DNA from: Callorhinchus milii
Lineage: Eukaryota
Reading direction: 5' to 3'
NCBI RefSeq assembly: GCF_018977255.1
Contig: NW_024705332.1
Location: forward strand, 1 to 54,049
Length of the DNA stretch: 54,049 nt
Shown: in pieces, positions 51,351 to 54,049 of the stretch
Position numbering within the stretch: position 1 is the stretch's first letter
Layout: each line of letters opens with the position of its first letter
Made by a program: the position numbers and the translations under genes
Notes under the pieces: generated by a model
The model's database searches: none
The model's input: the letters and a program-made list of their open reading frames with translations, nothing else
Told to the model about the DNA's origin: nothing

Positions 51351-54049
51351 ACTTTTCATTATTAAATTCCACTCTTCAACATCACTCCAACCTTCTCTCG
51401 TCCGCCTCTTTATTTAATCATTTTACTTGTGCTGTGCTTTCAACAGCCATCCTTGGCGCGCGCGCACACACACACACACACTCTCAAGCGATGTGCTACA
51501 ACGAATTAGAATACAGGCTACGGACTCGCCGCTAATTTCTAATTAATTCCCACCTCATTATCAATTCCGAGCACCACTGCGCGGCGCGGCGTTCGCACTT
51601 AACGCCGTCCTCGACTCGACAACGAAGCCTTTGCCGCAGCATATGCAGCGGATCGCGCCGGGCAGTGGCGGTGATGGAGCGCGCGTGCGCCGGGCGCGCG
51701 TGCGAGATCACATGGCCCGGTTTCTTTGCGGTGGGCGGAGAGCCGGAAGATAGTGTCAAGATAAGCAGCGATGGTGGTGGTGGGGGCCGCGGGATGAAGG
51801 CAGCAGTTAAGGGAAAAAATGAGGATGAAAAAAATGCCATTACCATAAACTGCCCGCTACGCCACCCCGCACTGCTGAATCTTTTAGAGGAGAGACGATG
51901 ACCCGGATGGCTCGTGACAACAGTTTAATCTACGAAATGTGCTTATTGTGTTTTATATATAAGTACATACTTACGTGAATAAACAAACAAACAAACGAAT
52001 GAATGCACGCACAATCCTGGGCTGTGGGTGTAGCAAGGAGCTCGGTGATATCGCAGGTACAATGAAAATGTTTAAATAGTAAATAGGCGTCTCTGGCTAT
52101 TATCTAGACGATGTCTTCCATAAACATCCGCTTGCTCCCCCGCACCCTCCCATCCACCCTCCGTGTTTCTCCCCCCCTCCCGCCCGTGCCATTGAATTCA
52201 CCCAATGTAATTAAAAAGCACACGGTCAAGCAAACGTTATTTGCAAAAACAAAAATAAATCCCAACTCCGTCAGAAGATTGGGACTGCTGCAAAAGCCAG
52301 GCGGGGGGGGGGGTAGAAGTAAAAACCAAAACCCCAACATCCACAACGCTTTCGATAAACCCCTGGCATCCTTGCCCAACAAAAAAAAAACACGGCATTT
52401 TTACGACAAATAACTGATTTGTCGGAGCGGGGACGATGTATTGTTGTTGTTGGCGATGCCGGGCACCACCGTCACAGGTCCCGGGAGAGGACGAAGCCAC
52501 GGCGGGGGAGGGAGTCGCGTCTTTGCCCCGCGGTCCGTTTGATCGCGAGCGGCGCACACAGAGGGCCCTCGGTTAGACTTCACAAAAGCGGACAAAGAAG
52601 TACGGGGATCCATCGGGCCGTTTGATGTGTGGGCTTTCCCAGAGGGCCGTCAAAATATAATTGGGAATGCGTCGCATTCTACGCCACGAATTATATTACG
52701 GCGCACCGTCGCGATGCGGAAAATCTCTCGTGCGGCTTCTCCCCTGCGACGCGCACGTTTGCGTTGCCACGGGGCAGGAGGAGGAGGAGAGGGAGGCCCG
52801 AGGGTGACGTGCAAGGGGCACGGCAGAATGAGATACGAGGACGCAGCGAATGCGACGGAGGGAGAGGCGCGGAATGGCAGCGCGTGGCGAAAGACGTTCT
52901 GGGGAGCCGACCCCATTGCAGTGATGTGGCTTCAGCCTAAGCAGAAGACGTGGGTCCCAATGTAAGCCTCTGCTGAATCTGTACGTCAGTATGTGGATCA
53001 CGTAAGTGCGTGCGAGTCTTTGGGTCGGTGTGTAAGCTTATGGAACCCTAAGGATGGGGGGGGGGGCGGGTGAAAAAATTTCGGTTTTGAAAAAGCAGGG
53101 AGGAATTTATTCTTGTGAAAATGCACAAACTCGATGACCTTTGCTGATCCGTTCTCCCGAGGTCACTTGAATGAGACAAACTAGCAGGCACGGAAAATTT
53201 TGCAGTTTCGATTTACGAACGCGCATCATGCGGAACCACCGGCGTGAACAAACGTGCGCACGCGATCGGGGACGGTTTAAGCCGATGCCGCCGGTACCAG
53301 CTCCGTGGTAAGCAGACAGTGCCGTGAGCACGCGCACCAATCGCGAAGGGCTCGTGCCCCCAATTAGTTTACACGACAATGTGAGGTGGGAAGTAGCATT
53401 CCTTGTTGGGGAGTGCCATTAATTGTAAGCTGAGGCTCTAAAACTGCACTATAACCTCGTGGGATTATTCTGAAAGCGCCCAAAAAAAACCAACGCTCGC
53501 TTTGAAAAGCGTCAATTGTGCTCCTTTCCACGTGGGGGGGGGGGGGGTATAATTACAACCCAAAGGCAAATAAAGCGGACGTGCGATTTGCGGAGCGAGA
53601 CAGGGCAGAGGTGGGCAGGAGTTGACCTACGTGCGGCCTGGTCAGTTCAGAGCTTCAAACGGCGGGTGAGTTTTGTTGAACGAAGGGAAAAGGGACCAAA
53701 AAAAAAATAGCTAATATCGACAGGAACACGTTTCGCGCACAGCTGCGATTCGTGTGGCTCCCCGCGTTTTTGTATTCTGATGTCTCGAGGCGAACGGGTG
53801 GATTTTTTTTATTTTCCTTAAGTCGATAAAAAAAAAGACGGGTTGCTTGGAGTTGCACGATGGCGAAACACCGCTCTGTCGCTCACAGGAGTGCCGATCA
53901 AGAGACAGAGATCTACCGCGGGCGTGCCGCGTGTACGATACACTTAAATGTGCGTGGGAACACACACACGCACGCGCGAACACTCACCCACACGGACGCG
54001 CTCGATCGCACAAGAGCTGATCTAAGACTCTGATTCAACGGGCACGGCA

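Noticed and set aside
52104..53001. Cluster of 68-112-aa ORFs in GC-rich sequence
   Set aside because: No recognisable domain or consistent splice pattern; explained by GC content and G/C runs.
53988..54049. Minus-strand exon ending at a gtgagt donor (53982-53987) as the SNX16 N-terminal coding exon
   Set aside because: No frame resembles the expected GYEVMEERAKFT end. The upstream coding exon was not found and probably lies beyond the window.

Overview
Vertebrate-type, intron-rich genomic DNA; a jawless-fish origin is plausible from the divergent GC-rich exons and repeat content, but that is only an inference. There are three blocks. (1) 1-21254 holds a B4GALT5/6 lactosylceramide-synthase-family gene with an unusual layout: the promoter and coding exon 1 are on the MINUS strand (7498-7591), inside a 4.57-kb spacer between two nearly identical inverted arms of at least 3.6 kb (1-3628 and 8200-11830), while the next four coding exons are on the PLUS strand (12971-20280). 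One of these is a 305-bp exon that appears to fuse two mammalian exons, and the 3' catalytic exons are missing. (2) After a 30-N gap, about 14 kb (21285 to about 35300) looks like random or shuffled sequence. I saw no genes, repeats or low-complexity runs there, and it is probably not native DNA. (3) From about 35300 to 54049 lie four minus-strand exons of SNX16 (PX domain plus coiled coil, with a 1-bp frameshift that is probably a sequencing error), LINE/SINE relics, a 39-bp minisatellite and a perfect 175-bp inverted duplication inserted into an RTE LINE. No rRNA, tRNA gene or CRISPR array is supported. All comparisons with human proteins and exon sizes are from memory and need database confirmation.
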